The position numbers and the translations under genes were made by a program. A DNA stretch of 62,284 bases, the filler included. It is 12 parts of 12 records of this genome, joined end to end, with 100 filler letters (N's around TTAATTAATTAA, not from the genome) between each part and the next. Parts side by side here need not be neighbours in the genome. Positions count along the whole stretch, not along the records: positions 58,652 to 62,284 come from SRR15195285_3677; 11 more parts are not named here. One strand, given 5' to 3'. Below the pieces are notes generated by a model. It was not told the DNA's origin, did no database searches, and worked only from the letters and a program-made list of their open reading frames with translations. This document shows, piece by piece, positions 58,652 through 62,284 of this stretch; position 1 is the first letter of the stretch; every line of letters begins with the position of its first letter.

Positions 58652-59755
58652 AGCAGCAGCAGCAGCAGCAGCAGCGTGCTCTGTACTCCAAAAGCCCCTG
58701 AGCCGATCACGGAGGCAGACAGTGTGCCGATCGACGCGATGGACTTCACAACTATGATGGCGTCCTGGCGACTTTCAAGCTCACCCGGTGCACCAGCAGT
58801 TCAACAAACCGACACGTCATCCACAATCTGCACAGCAGATTGTGCCGCGTCCCCTACCACGAGCGACGCATCACGTATCAGTAGAAGTGCATCCCCAAGT
58901 GCAGCTCTGGAGCAAGACATTGTTGAGTTCGAGCAGCAGCTCGACAGTGTGGCGGCAGTGCGCAGTCCGACGGTGGACTCTTCGATGTTCGCGCCATGTT
59001 CGCCTCCAGCCATTAACGCGCTTCCACGCTCGTCTGGTGAGCAGATGGAAGAGGAACTCATCGGTTTCTGCCACGCAGACTCACTTGCTGCAGCTGACAA
59101 TGAGCCTGTGAGCCGGTCGCAGTGGCATCTGTGCAGCCCTTCTGATAGCCTGATTTCTCCAGTGACGGCAGCTCTCCACAAGGGCCGAGGGCCGTTTCTG
59201 ATGGCTACCGCACAGCGCAGACTTGAGATGAAAAGTGAGCGTGACTTGATGGACACAGAGTCTTCTGGCAGTATCGTGCAGTCTACTGATGACGAGGACA
59301 CGATAACACAGCACCAAGCTGCGAAGCAGCCTCGTCTCAACTTGACGCACGCCAACATGCCCCCATTGCCTCCTGGATTGACGCCACCTGTGGTTGCATC
59401 AACACCTGAAGTGGCACCAAATATCACAGCACCAGCCGTCTTGACCGAGCACGCTCAGTCACCAGTGTGTACCAGGACAGCGGTACCAGAAATTGCTGAG
59501 CGCTTCTCCATGGCTGCTGATGTTCGTGCGGCTGATTCTGCCACTGGCAAACTGGAGTGCCTTGAGAGCGTAGCAGAGGCGACCCGTGCGTCGCGAAACT
59601 TTTGGCTTGAGAAGGAGCGGGACATGAAGCGCACGCAGCTAGTCCAGCGTCTGAATACCGCAGTGATTGCTGCGTCCATTTGTGCGAAGGCACGGAGCCC
59701 CAGTGGCGTGGCCCAAGGCGTGGCTGGGGAGGAGTCGGAGCAGATGATGGTGTGA
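58652..59755 (+). CDS. Hypothetical low-complexity Ser/Pro-rich protein (5' truncated; starts in an (AGC)n repeat at 58652-58675)
   Basis: Frame is open for about 367 codons from the contig edge; no domain recognised. Confidence 0.5.
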   Translation, partial: SSSSSSSSVLCTPKAPEPITEADSVPIDAMDFTTMMASWRLSSSPGAPAVQQTDTSSTICTADCAASPTTSDASRISRSASPSAALEQDIVEFEQQLDSVAAVRSPTVDSSMFAPCSPPAINALPRSSGEQMEEELIGFCHADSLAAADNEPVSRSQWHLCSPSDSLISPVTAALHKGRGPFLMATAQRRLEMKSERDLMDTESSGSIVQSTDDEDTITQHQAAKQPRLNLTHANMPPLPPGLTPPVVASTPEVAPNITAPAVLTEHAQSPVCTRTAVPEIAERFSMAADVRAADSATGKLECLESVAEATRASRNFWLEKERDMKRTQLVQRLNTAVIAASICAKARSPSGVAQGVAGEESEQMMV

Positions 59756-59997
59756 ACTATGTACATCGCAATCTCGCATTGTCCTGCGAGTGGAATGTTG
59801 GTCGCAAGATCTGCAGAAGCACTTCAGTTACCTCTGCTACTTGTATCTGTCCATGTAATGTTGTGTCTAATGAACGCTCATACAACAACAAGCACGTTCA
59901 TTCATGTACAGCAACCACCAGCCAAGCCCAGTGCCAATAGGTATGACAATGGTATCTCGATCGTGTCACTGTCTAGGTTTGACAGATATTATCTTTG

Positions 59998-62190
59998 TCA
60001 ACCGTCATCTGCCAAGGCACCAAGGACGCCAAACTTTCCCAAAACTGCCTCGCGAAATTCGTCGAGTGTAATGGCGCCAGACTGTGTCATATCCAGATCC
60101 GAGAAGAGGTTCCGCGTTTCGTTTTCAGACAGCGGAAGATTGAGCATTTGCACAGCCTTCTGAAACTCCTCCATCTATTCAAGTACGCATCAAGGAGCGG
60201 TGTCAGTGACAGCATTTGACAGAGACTAAAGCTGCACGCGTACAGTCACATACAGGAGATGTTCATGCAATATATGAGCAGGACAACTTACAGTAATCTT
60301 GTGGTCAGCAGAATAGGCCTGTCTCTGAAATTCTTTGAATAGCCTTAGAACTGAATTCGCGCCCCCGTGTGTCTTTTCCTGCAGTTTTGTGCGCAGCAAG
60401 TCTAGCTGTTTTCCATGGCTTGTTTGCTGTACCGTCTTTCTCCACACATCACCGAGAGCTCCAGTAGGATTATCCGCTGTTCCAGCGTCGAACTCACGTT
60501 TGAGTGCGACTGGCTCGAGCTTCAGGTCCTGGTCCCCGACCTCAACGCTGCCCACGGCGATAGCCTTGTGCGCCGTAGCGGCGTCCTTCATGATGACGAA
60601 ACCCCACGAGAGTTGGTCTTTCGCCTTTTTACGTAGCTGCACTGCGTCCACGTCTCCAAACGCGCTCTGCATTGCCATCCTGATCTTGTTCTCATCAGCG
60701 AGGTCGTGAGGAATGTTTCCGACCCAAAAACTGCGGTCGATCGCTGCGGCCGCCGACTCCGGCCCTCCGGTGTGATCACGGACTTGGGCTGATTGATGCG
60801 TCTTTGCTGCCTGACGCCAGGCCTCGTTTTGCTTCTTCTCTGCCCCACCGCTAGTGTGCAGCTCCATCTGTGCCCGTGCAAAGTGGTCACCATCGCCTCC
60901 TTCGTGCACTGCGGAATGCTTAGCTCCGAGTGCGTGATACCCGCCCATGATGAAAACTGAGAATTCGTCCTTGTCTATGTAGCCAGATGAGTCCACGTCG
61001 ATATCCGCAAAGAGCTCCTCCACCTCTTCCTTCGCCATCTCTAGGTTACAGTGGCGCAGGGCTGCGCCAAATTCCTTGATGTCGATTAGGTTGTTTTCTG
61101 AACGTGCTTTGGTGCGAAACTGCTTGAAGTCCTTCAGCAGCGTCCGCACATCTCCCTTTACTGACTGCTCGATCTTAGTGCGCAGCGAATCAAGCACCCG
61201 ACCGAACTTCGTTTTTTTCAGTGTCTCTCGCCAGAGCTGTCCGAACACTTTTTTGTCACCGTGCGTCATGTGCTCGAAGTCGGGCCGCGAGACGCGGACA
61301 GCGTGGCCTGCCTCAGCGATAGTCATGTACGAGCATACCTGCGACGCGACCTTGGGATCAGCAAAGATGACATACCCCCAAGACGTGTTGTCAGCCTTCT
61401 CGCGCAGCGACACGGCTGTCACAGTGCCGAACCGCTCCATCATCTCGCGCAGGCCTTGCTCGCCTAATTCTGGCGGCACACCGCCCACCCATACCGCAGC
61501 GTCGCGCGCCGAGGCCACATCATCGGAATCCGCGTGGTGCACGACTAGTGTCTGCGCTACGCCACCACGACTGCCTGACCTGCCGTCGCCTGGCACTTTG
61601 CCGCCTCCGCCCTGGCTGCTGTCCATCTGCACCATCGGGGTGCGGCGGCCGGAGTCGAAGATCGCATCCGGCGTTCGTGGGCGGGTAGCACCTGTGCCGA
61701 GGGGCCGCAGCGAGCGCGGCCTCGCGCCCCGCACGCTCCCCACGGAGCGTGGGCGCTCCATGGACATGATGCTGTCGCGTCCCCCTGCGATGGACCCCAG
61801 GACCCCAAGTGCCCGCTGGGCGTATTCGTCTTGCTGGTTGTCGAAATCGTTCCATGTCACAAACATGCCGTTGGTCTTCGCAACAGGGTGGCGCTGATTG
61901 ACCTCGTAGCGGAAGGAGCTATCCATCTTCTTCTTGCCAGGCAGCAGGTGGCCATTGGCATCCACCAGGCTGCTCATTCGCGACGCGCCCGACCGCCTAG
62001 AGTGCGCGCGAGAGGATCGTCGCGAGCCGACCGACTTCACACTCTGCACTGAGCCGTTGACGCTCCCCCAGCCACTCCCCGCCCTCGAGCCGTTGCTGCG
62101 CCCTCCCTGCCCAAGCCACGAGGTGTTTGGCACCTCCCAGTTCCCCAGGGCCCGGGCGCTGAACGTCGACTCCATCGAGTGTCGCGGCAT
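59998..62190 (-). CDS. Flattop/CFAP126-like N-terminus + 2x (RRM - EF-hand pair) protein; intron 60175-60291
   Basis: FSARALGNWEVP and VDANGHLLPG resemble Flattop motifs. RRMs: VWVGGVP...SWGYVIF and FWVGNIP...SWGFVIM. EF-hands: DVDSSGYIDKDEF and, after splicing, DMTQSGAITLDEF. Confidence 0.75.
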
Positions 62191-62284
62191 CCCAATCCCG
62201 TGGGCGCGTCAAGTTTACCAGCCGATCCGACTTCACGCTGTCCAGCTCGCTGCGTAATGCATATGGTACTACTAGTATAGTGCT

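Noticed and set aside
1-62284. Reading the window as one gene cluster (e.g. NRPS + transporters + binding protein + methyltransferase)
   Set aside because: The genes lie on 12 separate contigs joined artificially, so adjacency carries no information.

Overview
The window is not one locus. It is 12 short contigs of an intron-containing unicellular eukaryote, joined by 11 artificial 100-nt spacers (44 N + TTAATTAATTAA + 44 N). Contigs: 1-11286, 11387-19205, 19306-24430, 24531-28674, 28775-31845, 31946-35375, 35476-39773, 39874-43462, 43563-46940, 47041-54020, 54121-58551, 58652-62284. Genes on different contigs cannot be assumed to be neighbours. Short GT-AG introns (about 70-200 nt), a mitochondrial processing peptidase, DPH5 and a Flattop-like ciliary motif point to a mitochondriate, probably flagellated protist; I cannot name the lineage. 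The most striking item is a single spliced gene of about 3,380 aa on contig 1. It encodes a hybrid NRPS with the order P-loop kinase - flavoprotein monooxygenase - acyl-CoA-ligase-type A - T - heterocyclisation (Cy) - Cys-specific A (code DLYNLSLIWK) - T - TE - FIST, i.e. a self-contained thiazoline-forming assembly line with fused tailoring and sensor-type domains. Other unusual architectures: an ADP-ribosyltransferase-kinase-EGF multi-pass receptor; a compact phage/virus-like C5-cytosine methyltransferase fused to PWWP/Tudor-like readers; a probable DPH5-2OG-Fe(II) oxygenase splice fusion; a Hint (Vint-type) domain inside a RING/IBR-like protein; a WW-FYVE-ARM-UIM protein; and a Flattop-RRM-EF-hand protein. 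More ordinary genes include two LPMO-like proteins, a CBA1-like binding protein, transporters, a Deg protease fragment and a methyltransferase. All domain calls come from motif recognition by eye; no database search was run.
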